DNA of 57,880 nucleotides from a virus (lineage: Duplodnaviria > Caudoviricetes), in the IMG/VR virus record IMGVR_UViG_3300049473_000108, positions 1 through 57,880 of that record, one strand, 5' to 3'. The translations under genes were made by a program, and so were the position numbers. Shown piece after piece: positions 20,193 through 30,136 of the stretch (position 1 is its first letter; each line of letters begins with the position of its first letter). The notes under the pieces were generated by a model. The model ran no database searches and was not told the DNA's origin. It was given only the letters and a program-made list of their open reading frames with translations.

Positions 20193-21056
20193 TTACTTCT
20201 TTACGTACAGGTCCACGAGCGCCTCGGTTTTCAGGCACTTGTACCCATATACGTTCAAGCCTCTCACGATTGTACCGAAGGTGCTTTCCGAACGCAGGCT
20301 TTCCATGTTGGACATTTGAGCGGCAAAACAGAGGGCGCTCTTATGTCCGCAAAGAATGTGCCAGCATGTGTCGTTCCCATCGGTAACGCTGGTCAGGAGA
20401 TTGGAGATATACAGGGTAAGCCTGTCTATCATCCCGATCCGCCCGTTTCTCAGGGTGCTCGTCCCGTCTCCGGTAAGCGAGGCGTCCTTGAGATCGGACT
20501 TCTTGATCATTCCAGCCATCCAGGGAGGAATGACCATCCAGCGACTTTCCTCTGGCACGTTTTGCTCATCCAGAACCGAACCGCAATCCACCATAACGTC
20601 GAGCACATTGGTTTTGGTCAGCAAAACTGCGCTTCCCGTTGTCCCCATGTTGTAGCTTGAGGACTTGGCCCCTGCGGTTGTCCCTTTATTGCTGGCGTGT
20701 GCGTCCGCATAGACATCAGCCAAGAAACCGGTATCAATGGTTATTTTCATCTGCTGGCCGGCATCATCTGACCATCTGTCCATCAAGGGGATGTCTGACT
20801 GATGCTCGTCGATATCATCGCAAATGAAGTTGAAATACTTGGCCTTGTCTATCACCAGCTCCGTGGTTTCCTTCTCGGGATTCTCGATAACAAGGGACTG
20901 ACCCTTGACGTAATCCCGAATGGTAATGTCGGGAGTCTGGCGGATAATGACCTTATCGCCTTGGTTCTTAATCTCTCCAGCGTAGTCCGTGTTTGAGATG
21001 GCGGCGATAACGGTGGCCGCATAGAACTTGACAAGCAACTTTGAACTCCATATTTC
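20193..21056 (-). CDS. Major capsid protein, exon 2 (EIWSSKLLVKFY...; 287 aa)
   Basis: NTDYAGEIKNQGDKVII, LDEQNVP..RW.V.PP, NGRIGMID and GLNVYG motifs of HK97-fold capsids; no independent RBS or start. Confidence 0.9.
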   Translation of the reverse strand, partial: EIWSSKLLVKFYAATVIAAISNTDYAGEIKNQGDKVIIRQTPDITIRDYVKGQSLVIENPEKETTELVIDKAKYFNFICDDIDEHQSDIPLMDRWSDDAGQQMKITIDTGFLADVYADAHASNKGTTAGAKSSSYNMGTTGSAVLLTKTNVLDVMVDCGSVLDEQNVPEESRWMVIPPWMAGMIKKSDLKDASLTGDGTSTLRNGRIGMIDRLTLYISNLLTSVTDGNDTCWHILCGHKSALCFAAQMSNMESLRSESTFGTIVRGLNVYGYKCLKTEALVDLYVKK

Positions 21057-21704
21057 CTGACAGCATTTATGCTGTTTGGACTATTGCATCAGCTTTCAAT
21101 ATTTTTATAATATTGCGAACTGCCACCTCGCTTAGTCTCTGTGGGTCGGCTTTCATAGCGGATAGTTCCTTTTTGGCGCACAATCGAGCAGCATCAATGT
21201 TCTCATATCCATGCTGCTTAATTTGCTTGCCTCTGAGATTATCAATTACCCAGATAAGAAATTTTGCCTGTTCCTTTTTTAAATACATATGGTTCACGAT
21301 GTTTTGAAGAAAAGGTCGTAAGCGTCTATTTTCAAGTTGCCAATAATAGGCATCATGCCAATTGGGATTGTGGCGTCTCGTTGCACACCATACGTTCCCG
21401 CCATGATTTGCTTGAAGGATATCCAGAATGAATTTACAGGTTTCAGAAAGTGCTATTCTTAATCTTGGACAGATATAGATTGAGACTGATATCTCTCCAC
21501 TAACCTTTTCATATTTGCTTCTTTCAATCTGGAAATCCAAACACCCTTCTCCATCTACTAATCCTGCTATGTACTTCCAAGGTAATCGCTTCATGGATTC
21601 TATCTCCGAACTGCATTTTACCTTTACCGTTCCCTCTGGTTCTGGCACCCAAAGTCCAGTTCCAGTTATTCAGAGGTGGTTTTACATCCCCGAAATTAAA
21701 GGTC
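21057..21704 (-). mobile_element. Group I self-splicing intron (648 nt) in the major capsid gene
   Basis: Exon 1 ends in U and the intron ends in G; P1 aucccu/ggggau; P10 auuuc/gaaau; P3 ccaccuc/gaggugg; P7 gacua/uaguc; P9 acagca-uaaa-ugcugu; splicing restores FIP|EIWS in frame. Confidence 0.92.
21067..21648 (-). CDS. Intron-encoded LAGLIDADG homing endonuclease (likely start MKRLPW)
   Basis: YIAGLVDGEGCL single LAGLIDADG motif; FLQNIVNHMYLKKEQA C-terminal motif. Confidence 0.9.
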   Translation of the reverse strand: MPEPEGTVKVKCSSEIESMKRLPWKYIAGLVDGEGCLDFQIERSKYEKVSGEISVSIYICPRLRIALSETCKFILDILQANHGGNVWCATRRHNPNWHDAYYWQLENRRLRPFLQNIVNHMYLKKEQAKFLIWVIDNLRGKQIKQHGYENIDAARLCAKKELSAMKADPQRLSEVAVRNIIKILKADAIVQTA

Positions 21705-21758
21705 AGGGATAAACGTCCCACTATATTGCGGATATCCCGCTGCAACTCCTACTGCCAT
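21705..21758 (-). CDS. Major capsid protein, exon 1 (MAVGVAAGYPQYSGTFIP)
   Basis: AGGAGGT RBS, ATG at 21758, 18 codons joining exon 2 in frame to give 305 aa. Confidence 0.88.
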
Positions 21759-21780
21759 AACTTACCTCCTAAACAGGGGA

Positions 21781-22791
21781 TTACCTTCCTGCGGCAATTC
21801 CCCTTTGGATTGTTCGTTGAAAATCGTCCGAAATCTTTTGAAACTGCTCCTCGGTTATCCTTCCATGGATCCTGTCAGCGGCTGCCTTTCTCAACTCGGC
21901 GGCGCTAACAACAGGCATTTGCGGTGCCCCCGTATCAAAACCAGCGGGTCCCCTTGGGGCCTCCACCTGGTCCTCGAGTTTCGGGGTTTCCTGGGAAGAA
22001 GTTTCGGAAGGAACAGTCTGCGGTTGCCGTCCGCTCTCCCCTTTCCAGAGGTTCACGATTGCAGCAACCCTTTCGGCGTCTAATTTGTTCTGGGCATCAT
22101 CCAGCAAATCCTGGCGTCGCCTGCCTGAAAGAGTGTCAACTTTGGACAACCATTGCAGCCAGTTCGGGTCAGCGTTGATTTTGGGGGAACCATCATCGCC
22201 AAAAAGATCGGGCACAAGGTCGTCGAGTCTGTCGTAGTATCTTTCCTTTGCTGACTTGATTACGGTTTGCCCGACTGTCTTGAATTCACCCGTAAGTTTC
22301 TGGTTTTCAGCTTTAAGGCCCTGGTTCTCCTTAATCAGCTCGTTGACTGTTTTGACCATCTGCAACATCTCTTCTCCATATCCCTCGAAGTCACCCGCCT
22401 GTAGTTCCTTGACGGCGGGTATCTCTACGGGCTTCTTGCTTTCCTCTTCTTCGCCCTCTAAAGGCTTGGGTTGGGAAGCGATGATGGAATTGAGATGCGT
22501 GACGGTCTGTTGCAGATTGGCTATCTGTTCCCTCAAGCGGGGCATCTCGGCGTTGTACTTGCCTTGAAGAACCTCATACTTCTGCTTGAAGGATTCCTCT
22601 GTTTCCTCTTTCACGGGCTTTTGGGGAGTTTCCTTCTCTTGCGCTTTCGGAACTTCCTCTTTGCCCTTTTCAGGTTCTGGAGCCTGGCCCTGTTTTTCCT
22701 TCTCAGTGCCGGTCTTCCCTGCCTCGGCTAGTTGTCTTTGCTTTTCCTCGGCTTCTTTCGCCTGTTTTTCGATCTTTGCTAGAGTACCCAT
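21781..22791 (-). CDS. Capsid scaffolding protein (likely start MGTLAK)
   Basis: Acidic/charged coiled coil with KQKYEVLQGKYNAE motif; directly upstream of the capsid gene. Confidence 0.8.
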   Translation of the reverse strand: MGTLAKIEKQAKEAEEKQRQLAEAGKTGTEKEKQGQAPEPEKGKEEVPKAQEKETPQKPVKEETEESFKQKYEVLQGKYNAEMPRLREQIANLQQTVTHLNSIIASQPKPLEGEEEESKKPVEIPAVKELQAGDFEGYGEEMLQMVKTVNELIKENQGLKAENQKLTGEFKTVGQTVIKSAKERYYDRLDDLVPDLFGDDGSPKINADPNWLQWLSKVDTLSGRRRQDLLDDAQNKLDAERVAAIVNLWKGESGRQPQTVPSETSSQETPKLEDQVEAPRGPAGFDTGAPQMPVVSAAELRKAAADRIHGRITEEQFQKISDDFQRTIQRGIAAGR

Positions 22792-23100
22792 TGTTTTCCT
22801 CCCTGCGAGTTTCCCAGTTTGGGAAGTGTTCGCGTCTAGCCCGCACCGAGCAAGGAACCCATTTCCTGTTTTCGGAGCAGGGAATAAAAAAGCCCCCCTG
22901 GAACCTAAAGCCAAATCACCCTAGGTCCAGAGAGGCTTTCCTTACGCTTCTGGCTTGGCCTGATCCGCTATCGAGCAGCCCCTGGGTCTGGTGTATTTAC
23001 AATACACTTATGACGCCCAATTGGGCCTCACAGTTTCCCCAGGATTTACCCGCTTGAGGGATGAGGCCGTTATGCGATTATCTGATCTCTATTCACCCCC

Positions 23101-23232
23101 TCAGAGTTTCTCTCCTCTCCTGGCCTTTTTCAGCATACTTACGGTAAACAAAAATCCCCTGATAAGGGCTTCGAAGAGAAGGTCCACTCTGCTTATCAGT
23201 TGCTCAAGTCTTTTGTTGGTCTCGCTATTCAT
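23101..23232 (-). CDS. Small hypothetical protein (43 aa, MNSETNKRLEQL...)
   Basis: Manual translation; fills the gap after 23239-24030. Confidence 0.4.
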   Translation of the reverse strand: MNSETNKRLEQLISRVDLLFEALIRGFLFTVSMLKKARRGEKL

Positions 23233-23238
23233 GCCTTA

Positions 23239-24030
23239 TTAGGCTGACAGCCCGCACTCCCATTCCTTAAGAACGACTGCACCCGCTAGGTCGGTATGGT
23301 TCAAGAAATACATGAACGGCACTATGACTTCGGAGGCATCAAAGGCGAATGCTACCGTTACGGTCGGAGCAGCACCGTCTATTTTGTAGGTGACGTTACC
23401 GCCCAGATCGACATAGATTTCAAGCGTATGTGTTTCCGTATCTTCCCAGTCATCCGTGGTATCCGTACTGGTGGTTCCTCCACCGTTCAGGATGGTCTCA
23501 ATTGTGATGTTCTTGCTGATAACATTCAATGCAGCCATCTCATCGTAATCATCAATGGCTGCTTGGTAGTCCTCCGCCTTTCTGAAACCGACTGCACAAT
23601 CATCCGTCCCTGATACGTCCTCAATGCTGAACTGGACTTTCAAGAAGCAAGCGTCAGTGCCCACTACGAAGGCCATGTCGGAGTTAGCTAGAATACCCTG
23701 GCTTATCTCCACACCATCATCTGCCGTCTGGTCCATGCCAATGTTGAGGCCAGTGGCTCCCATGACCGGCGCAGTAATGGTTTGGGTCCCAAGGATGTGA
23801 AACTCAAACTGGTTGTTCAAGAAGCGCATCAGGTTTTCATGGCCTCCCGTTCCCGTTGCAGCTCCGCCCGCCGTTTTGTTAGCAAAGATTGGCGGATTTT
23901 CAAAGAACTCATGGCTATGCCGTGCTAATACAATCGCTGGGTCAATCAGCGTGCCTAACAAGCCGTTCAACGTGCCAAGATAAAGGCTGTTGATTCTGGC
24001 CTGCCCTATGGTTAATTCCTCGTATCTCAT
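23239..24030 (-). CDS. Putative structural protein with lectin/concanavalin-like beta-sandwich
   Basis: Acidic, beta-rich; THTLEIYVD..GNVTYKIDG motif; AGGAGG RBS. Confidence 0.55.
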   Translation of the reverse strand: MRYEELTIGQARINSLYLGTLNGLLGTLIDPAIVLARHSHEFFENPPIFANKTAGGAATGTGGHENLMRFLNNQFEFHILGTQTITAPVMGATGLNIGMDQTADDGVEISQGILANSDMAFVVGTDACFLKVQFSIEDVSGTDDCAVGFRKAEDYQAAIDDYDEMAALNVISKNITIETILNGGGTTSTDTTDDWEDTETHTLEIYVDLGGNVTYKIDGAAPTVTVAFAFDASEVIVPFMYFLNHTDLAGAVVLKEWECGLSA

Positions 24031-24115
24031 CTCTCAATCCTCCTGTTGTGATTAACTCTCGGAGCTTTACGCCCCTCTCGGACCCTGCCCTATGCAGAAT
24101 CCTCTTGTTAATCGG

Positions 24116-24379
24116 TTAAAGTCTCTTCTTCGTCTCTCTAAGCGAATTCTCTTTCTGGAGAACTTCCCTGGAAGTCTCAATCTGCTCTTCTATCTCGTCA
24201 AGGCACAATGCACAGCCCTGTGTCCTGAACATGGTTTCCCCGCTTAATATCAGGCTTTTCCTTTCCAGCCTTGCACATTGGCCCTTGAGATATTCCCTGA
24301 ATCTTTGGAAATCAGTGTCATAAGTCAGTTTTACAACCGATTCCAGGACTTCATCATATTCGCTTATTGCTTCGAGCAT
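24116..24379 (-). CDS. Small helical protein following portal
   Basis: 87 aa with FRTQG motif; conserved podovirus position. Confidence 0.6.
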   Translation of the reverse strand: MLEAISEYDEVLESVVKLTYDTDFQRFREYLKGQCARLERKSLILSGETMFRTQGCALCLDEIEEQIETSREVLQKENSLRETKKRL

Positions 24380-24380
24380 A

Positions 24381-26429
24381 CTAAACTACTCTTTCACCCA
24401 TTGGCTGCCCCGCAGGAGTTAATGCCTGTGATTGTGCAGTTTGCGGAGCAGGCAGTTGTCTCTGTGGTGGTGGCTGCATAGCAGCCTGTTCTCGTCTCTC
24501 AATCTCTTCCCTTGTCGGCACGATGTCTTCAACAGGCATCTTGAGGTTCCTTACAGCCTCCCTCAGTACCTCTGCCCTTCCCTTTATGCCAACAATCGCA
24601 AAGTCAGTCGGATTATTCGTAGCATCCAGGAATTCTCTCTGGCGTGCCTGAAGCTGTTCTTGAATCACGAGGTATTCACTTGCCCTAGCAACTACGTTAA
24701 TATCCCCTGTCTTGGGTATGTCGTTATCGAACAGCATCACATGGAGCCAATGTTCCCGCACTGCTTCTATCACCGCATCATTGTCGATATTTCTTATCGC
24801 ATCTTTTAGTGTCTTAGAGGCCGCATTGAGCAGCATTGAAAGGCCTGAGGCGGTTTTGCCAGCGCCGCTTACATCCTGCGAACCATAGATATACGCTGGT
24901 ATCCCGCTTTGTTCTGAAGCCTGCTGAAAGTAATATTCGTAGATCCTCATCAACGGCTCAGCGTTCATATTGGGCTGGTAAAAATACACGGCCTGCCGGT
25001 TTCTGCCTTGTTCGTCACTTTTGGTTTTGATAATCTTCCAGGGAAATATGTCCTCAATGTTTTCCCCAGCCTCAACTCTGTCCTTATGCACCTCCACTAA
25101 AGGTCCGCTTGCAAGGCCCATATTATTTACAATCGACCTTGCAGTGGCATTGCATATACGTTGAATGTCTCTCATCCGTTCGGGGACGCCTTTTCCATAG
25201 ATACTATCGTTGGCTTCCTCGAATGAAGCGGAGTAATACGGCCTTCTGCCGAGCGGATGCGGATTCAGACGTGCCATAATCACATAGGGACCGACTTTGA
25301 TAGCGCACACCTGATAATCCATTTCAGGATCGGGAATATCCTTATCCTTCATTCCCCATTCGCGAAGTTTTTTCCCCTGCACTTGGCCCCAGAATCGAAG
25401 CCCGTCTATGGTTGCCTCGGGGTCCCAGCTTTCCTGTGGCCTATCCTCAATTTGCGAGCGCTCGGTGTCGGTCCACAACCAGTCTTTCAGCCCGCCCTCA
25501 CCATACAGGTCGAGCACTGCTCTGATAGACGCTTCATTGCATCCGGGTGTGCCGATGAGGGCAATCAAATCCGATCTTCTGAAGCGTTCGCGCTCAATGA
25601 AATACCCGTCTTGAATCGACCTGGCTCCTGGGCTCGGGTAGGCATCGAATGGGGATAGTCGGTCATATTCGCGCTGCAATGCAGTTTTGACCCTTGGAGT
25701 TGACCTTCCATTATTGCCTTGCTCCCAGACGAGCTTTTTCTTTTTCCTGACCGTAGGGCCTTTCATAAATGCTGCGGGATAGGTGACAAGATCGCGTATG
25801 AATTTCCTTAGCGCGGTATAAAAACCTCCCTCGCGGAAGTCATCCTCGATCCTTCTTTCCTGGACGTGTGCGATTTCCTTTGCCTGCTTCATTATCCGGG
25901 AATGAATCTGTTCCCGTATCTGGTTAATCCTGCCCCTTACATCCTCGACGCTGAGGGCATTAGGACCCTGTGCCATCAGTACCTGAGTGGTCTCCCCGAT
26001 AACCTGTCTGGCGATCTGCATTTCAATGTCATTCGGCAAATCAGGCTCGGGAGTCGGGTCAATTCCCCAGGGCTTTTCACCGGGGGGAAGCATAATATCG
26101 CTGATCCATGCCTCTGCTGCCCTGCATTTCATATTGGTAAGCATCATGTAGATATCGCAGCCACCGAATTTCCTTATCTCTGCCAGGTCTTCGGGGTCAT
26201 ATTGACCCTTTCTCTGGCGAGCACATTGCAAAAGGCGCTGTTCGATGTCCATCTTTGCTATTTTTGCTGCTTCCCAGCAGGTTTGAATATGGGCAGCCAG
26301 GGATAGAATCTCAGGCTTGTTCTGCTCCTTTTTGGCCTGCTCTTTGGCTTTTTCCGTCTCAAGGAGCTGCTTGTTGGATACGACCTGGACCAGACCAACT
26401 CCGACTGCTTCTGTCGCTTGTAAAGGCAT
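24381..26429 (-). CDS. Portal protein
   Basis: 682 aa; YGKGVP..MRDIQ..CNA..R..VNN and GAGKTASGLSML motifs; Gln/Pro tail; follows terminase. Confidence 0.88.
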   Translation of the reverse strand: MPLQATEAVGVGLVQVVSNKQLLETEKAKEQAKKEQNKPEILSLAAHIQTCWEAAKIAKMDIEQRLLQCARQRKGQYDPEDLAEIRKFGGCDIYMMLTNMKCRAAEAWISDIMLPPGEKPWGIDPTPEPDLPNDIEMQIARQVIGETTQVLMAQGPNALSVEDVRGRINQIREQIHSRIMKQAKEIAHVQERRIEDDFREGGFYTALRKFIRDLVTYPAAFMKGPTVRKKKKLVWEQGNNGRSTPRVKTALQREYDRLSPFDAYPSPGARSIQDGYFIERERFRRSDLIALIGTPGCNEASIRAVLDLYGEGGLKDWLWTDTERSQIEDRPQESWDPEATIDGLRFWGQVQGKKLREWGMKDKDIPDPEMDYQVCAIKVGPYVIMARLNPHPLGRRPYYSASFEEANDSIYGKGVPERMRDIQRICNATARSIVNNMGLASGPLVEVHKDRVEAGENIEDIFPWKIIKTKSDEQGRNRQAVYFYQPNMNAEPLMRIYEYYFQQASEQSGIPAYIYGSQDVSGAGKTASGLSMLLNAASKTLKDAIRNIDNDAVIEAVREHWLHVMLFDNDIPKTGDINVVARASEYLVIQEQLQARQREFLDATNNPTDFAIVGIKGRAEVLREAVRNLKMPVEDIVPTREEIERREQAAMQPPPQRQLPAPQTAQSQALTPAGQPMGERVV

Positions 26430-26441
26430 AGTTGCCTGTCC

Positions 26442-26633
26442 TTAGCTTGTCGCTTTTTCCCGTTTCCTGGCTTTTTTGCCCGTAGGCTTCCATCCCCGGT
26501 CAATGCCTTCGAGAAGATTCCTTTGGGCTATTGCTTTGCTCAAAGTTGTATGCTTTGCTTTGACTCCTCCCGGCGTGGAAACTCGATAACCATCGACTTT
26601 CCTGATACGTACTGGCATATCTTTTCTCCTCAA
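26442..26633 (-). CDS. Small basic protein
   Basis: MPVRIRKVDGYRV..TT..KA.AQ..LL phage motif. Confidence 0.55.
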   Translation of the reverse strand: MRRKDMPVRIRKVDGYRVSTPGGVKAKHTTLSKAIAQRNLLEGIDRGWKPTGKKARKREKATS

Positions 26634-26836
26634 ACCTCGTTAAAAATAAACTCGATAAAGCCCTGCATATTCGCTACACGTTCAGCGTTGAAATCGCGCA
26701 AACGCATCGGCGTGTCGTCTTCCGTATGTGCAAACTCTTCAATCCAGCGTTCTGCAACTCTGCACACATCTTGAAGGGCCTTGACATGTTCACCATCTAT
26801 CTCAACTGTTGGATTTTTCTGTACTACGATCGCCAT
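26630..26836 (-). CDS. Hypothetical protein
   Basis: 68-aa ORF in the operon. Confidence 0.5.
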   Translation of the reverse strand: MAIVVQKNPTVEIDGEHVKALQDVCRVAERWIEEFAHTEDDTPMRLRDFNAERVANMQGFIEFIFNEV

Positions 26837-26977
26837 TTTTGTCTCATTATGACCATAAAATAATGCCGAGTCTGCCCCAACATCTTGTGTGCCCCAGTAA
26901 CCTAAATCCTAGATTGTAAATCTTCCAACGAATCTCTTTCGTTATTGACCATTCGGGCCATCTGCATAATTCACACA

Positions 26978-28567
26978 TTACGTCCATCCCCTCGCGCTCG
27001 GCTTTTCTTTGCTGGAATAAGTTTCCCCCATCGGCACCGCTTCCTTGAACTTGTGGGCCACGGCAAGCGTACGGAAGGCATCGGCGGTATTGGAGTTTTC
27101 ATCATGGAGAGGACTGTCACGGTAACATGCTAAGGTTTCATTCCACTCTTTGCGGTACCTCTCAAGTCGGTCTGTGCCTTCCGCAGTAGCCTCTTCATCA
27201 AACCAACAGATTCTTAATACTTGACGCATCTGTTCAATGCCGCTTAGGATTGAGAGTTTTGGCGCCACACGGAACTTGATACCCATCTCCTTGGCAGCAT
27301 CTATTATTGTCCGGCCCGTTTGATACTCGTGTTTTTTGACATCATGGGGAGCCCAATGCTGTCCGTATTCAAATCTCCGCTTTTCTTTTTTTTGAAGCAG
27401 GATATTCCTGTAATGCTCAAGGCCTTCCCCTGAGTTACGGTAAAAATCCACGATATGAATATTGCGACCAATATCCTGCGTGAACCAGATGACATTCTCA
27501 TCATTATATCCAAGATCCCACCATGTATCGACAAGAGCGCCGGATTGAATGGGGACTCGAGTGATTCTACCTTCGTTCCTTATCAATTTGAATTCATTGG
27601 CGAAATATGTCCCTTTCAGAACAATTTCGAAGGCTTCTTCAGGCGTGGAGGGATCTTCCCTTTTCATATCGTCGCCTTGTACGTTCCACTCCTTGACGTA
27701 CCATGCCTTTTGCGCTGCACTCAATTTGATGCGAAGACTCGCTTCCAGCTGCTCGAAATATTCCTTTTGGTAATCGTAAATTACAATGCCGTGAGGATTA
27801 ATGACGTTCTCAGGGTTTCTGAACCATGGAAAGAAAAAGAACTTATAATCCATTTTGGAAAGAACGGCTTGCTTGTTAGCAATCTGCTTTTCGAGGTCCT
27901 GGGCCATCTTGCACATGTCATGGAAATCGCCACCGCTTCCATAGCTTGTAGACTCGATACTGATAACGCCCCCTGCGGTGGGATGCACGGACCGTACTGT
28001 GCCTGTTTTGACCTCCCTCGCCGCTTTGGGGTTCTTAGCGCACATATAGCCGTATTCACTGATGTGAACTCGATGATAGGTGCCGGAACGCCCGGAAGTG
28101 GTAACACGCATTGACGAGCCATTGGCGAAGTAGAGGACTTTGCCGGTAACTTCCTTGGTTAAGGGATTTGCATCCTTGATGAATTGCGGTAAATTCTTAT
28201 AGGCAAAGTGAATTTTGTCGTTGAAAATACGTTCAGCATCGTCTTGCCTGTGGGCTACGATGCAAGCGTGGAGATTGGAATTGAAAAGGCAATCATCGAG
28301 ATAGAGGATGCAGAAAAATGTAGTTACGCCTGGCTGTCGGTGCTTGAGCACGATGTTGCAAAACCAAAGACCGAGATAAAGGATTTTCTGTACGAGATTC
28401 ATCTTGAACTTAATCTTATTAGCCCCCCTATCCACAATCCAATACAGATTATCCAGCCTCCATCTCCGGCTGCCGAGCTTCCGCATCCGTTCTTCTCTGG
28501 CTTCGTCAGTCCAGAGCCAATCGTTTAAACCTTGTTCCGTCTGCTGCTGTGTTGCTAATTCCTGCAT
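26978..28567 (-). CDS. terL: Terminase large subunit
   Basis: VLKHRQPGVTT Walker A variant, HISEYG Walker B, IESTS, WDLG, APHD and HDENSNTADAFR nuclease motifs. Confidence 0.92.
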   Translation of the reverse strand: MQELATQQQTEQGLNDWLWTDEAREERMRKLGSRRWRLDNLYWIVDRGANKIKFKMNLVQKILYLGLWFCNIVLKHRQPGVTTFFCILYLDDCLFNSNLHACIVAHRQDDAERIFNDKIHFAYKNLPQFIKDANPLTKEVTGKVLYFANGSSMRVTTSGRSGTYHRVHISEYGYMCAKNPKAAREVKTGTVRSVHPTAGGVISIESTSYGSGGDFHDMCKMAQDLEKQIANKQAVLSKMDYKFFFFPWFRNPENVINPHGIVIYDYQKEYFEQLEASLRIKLSAAQKAWYVKEWNVQGDDMKREDPSTPEEAFEIVLKGTYFANEFKLIRNEGRITRVPIQSGALVDTWWDLGYNDENVIWFTQDIGRNIHIVDFYRNSGEGLEHYRNILLQKKEKRRFEYGQHWAPHDVKKHEYQTGRTIIDAAKEMGIKFRVAPKLSILSGIEQMRQVLRICWFDEEATAEGTDRLERYRKEWNETLACYRDSPLHDENSNTADAFRTLAVAHKFKEAVPMGETYSSKEKPSARGWT

Positions 28568-28674
28568 TGCTTTCTAATCCGGCTTAGGCCATCCACAATG
28601 GTTGCAATACCATACGCCCTTGATTTGCTTCATCCTCCTCCCGCATCGGGGACAGTGAACACGCTCTAGCTTTG

Positions 28675-29583
28675 TCATTTGATGAATCCATCAGCAAATC
28701 CGTATTCCACGGGTTGTTGCCTTGTGGCACAGTCCAAACGGGCAGGTTTTGATTGCCAATTTAGTTGTGTTTTGACGAAATCCTTTAGCTCTTCAAGGGT
28801 AGTAGGAACAGGTTCTCCTGTCCTGTAAATCCAGACGTTTTTGGGTTCGAGACGCACAAAGAAGACAAGCCCGAACACTGTCACCGGATTCGAGCACTGT
28901 ATCCACACGGCGTAGTTCTCGATAGCTATGTCGCCCTCCACCCTGTCCGGGTCCCAAAATGTGAAAGCGCAGAGGTCATCGATCTCCGCACTCATGTAAA
29001 GCGCCGAATCGAAGGAACTGAAATCTTCAATTTCTGAAGGAATAGCAATAGGAATCCTTCCAAACAGCAAAATATTCCTGAAGTGTTCGGTAGATGTGTT
29101 CACCGGCCAAGGAAGCGGCTCAGGAACTCCGGGGCTAACCCATGAGACCGGATCAAGTTTTGCCCGCCAGCATGGAACGGGCAATCCAATTACATCCTCA
29201 AAGATCTCTTGGCTGACCGGATTCGGCTTCCCCAAAACGTAAAGCCAAAAAAGACGCTCATCCTGGGCGACTCTAAGAACAGCCTGAACATAAGGCACGG
29301 GCTTACCAAGGATAAGATAATACGCAGCATTATTGTCCTTGTCTTTGAGTGCCAAAAACGATTCATTTTCCCATACCTTCTCGCTTTCGGTGAACGCATT
29401 GGAGGGAATTTGAGAGGGGAGAAATATGAGCAGGGAGCCATAAGGCGTTTGGGCATAGGTGCGGTTGTAGTATTCATCGGCATGAACCATCTTCATGCAG
29501 GCACGTCCTGCTAGGATAAGGGCGGCCATCATAAGGGCAAGCATGAAAAAGGACCATATTGCTTGGATGCGGGGTTTCATCAT
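28675..29583 (-). CDS. Membrane-anchored hypothetical protein with two related domains
   Basis: N-terminal hydrophobic helix; internal similarity FWLYVLGKPNPVS / VWIYRTGEPVPTT. Confidence 0.55.
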   Translation of the reverse strand: MMKPRIQAIWSFFMLALMMAALILAGRACMKMVHADEYYNRTYAQTPYGSLLIFLPSQIPSNAFTESEKVWENESFLALKDKDNNAAYYLILGKPVPYVQAVLRVAQDERLFWLYVLGKPNPVSQEIFEDVIGLPVPCWRAKLDPVSWVSPGVPEPLPWPVNTSTEHFRNILLFGRIPIAIPSEIEDFSSFDSALYMSAEIDDLCAFTFWDPDRVEGDIAIENYAVWIQCSNPVTVFGLVFFVRLEPKNVWIYRTGEPVPTTLEELKDFVKTQLNWQSKPARLDCATRQQPVEYGFADGFIK

Positions 29584-30131
29584 GTTCCTTTAGCGTATTG
29601 CTTAATCCCGGCAACCAGGAGGTGCCCGATTCGTCGCAATGCTGCATTGCTGCTCATTATGTCCGCAGTCCGAGGGTTATCTATAAAGCCGACTTCTACC
29701 AGGACAGCGGGCATCTTTGTATATTTCAGCACCTGAAAGGGAGCTTCTTTTATACCCCTGAATTTTTCTCCTGGGAAAAACTCAGCAACGTAACTTTGTA
29801 AATCGGCAGCTAATTTAACGCCGCTAATTGAGCCAGGATAAATCCACATTTCACTTCCTGAAGCTTCTGGCATTCCGGGTTCATCTTCGTCTGGGTCTGC
29901 GTTTGTATGAACAGAAACGAAAACATCCGCCTTCCATTCATTTGCTAACCGCGCACGAGACGAAAGAGGAACGTCGATGTCCATATTGCGCGTCATTGCA
30001 GTCCAGAAATGATATTGCAATCTGTCCTGGGCGAACCGGCATATCTCAAGAACTACGTCTTTTTCCGCTAGGCCCATAAAGCTAGCGCCCGGCTTTCCTC
30101 CACCATGGCCTGGGTCGAGCATGACTTTCAC
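29580..30131 (-). CDS. Endolysin, N-acetylmuramoyl-L-alanine amidase (Amidase_3)
   Basis: LDPGHGG, EKD, FVSVHTNA and PAVLVEVGFIDN catalytic motifs. Confidence 0.92.
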   Translation of the reverse strand: MKVMLDPGHGGGKPGASFMGLAEKDVVLEICRFAQDRLQYHFWTAMTRNMDIDVPLSSRARLANEWKADVFVSVHTNADPDEDEPGMPEASGSEMWIYPGSISGVKLAADLQSYVAEFFPGEKFRGIKEAPFQVLKYTKMPAVLVEVGFIDNPRTADIMSSNAALRRIGHLLVAGIKQYAKGT

Positions 30132-30136
30132 AGCGA

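Noticed and set aside
20193-21038. TTG-start 281-aa capsid as given by the ORF track
   Set aside because: No RBS is present; the true N-terminus is exon 1 at 21705-21758.
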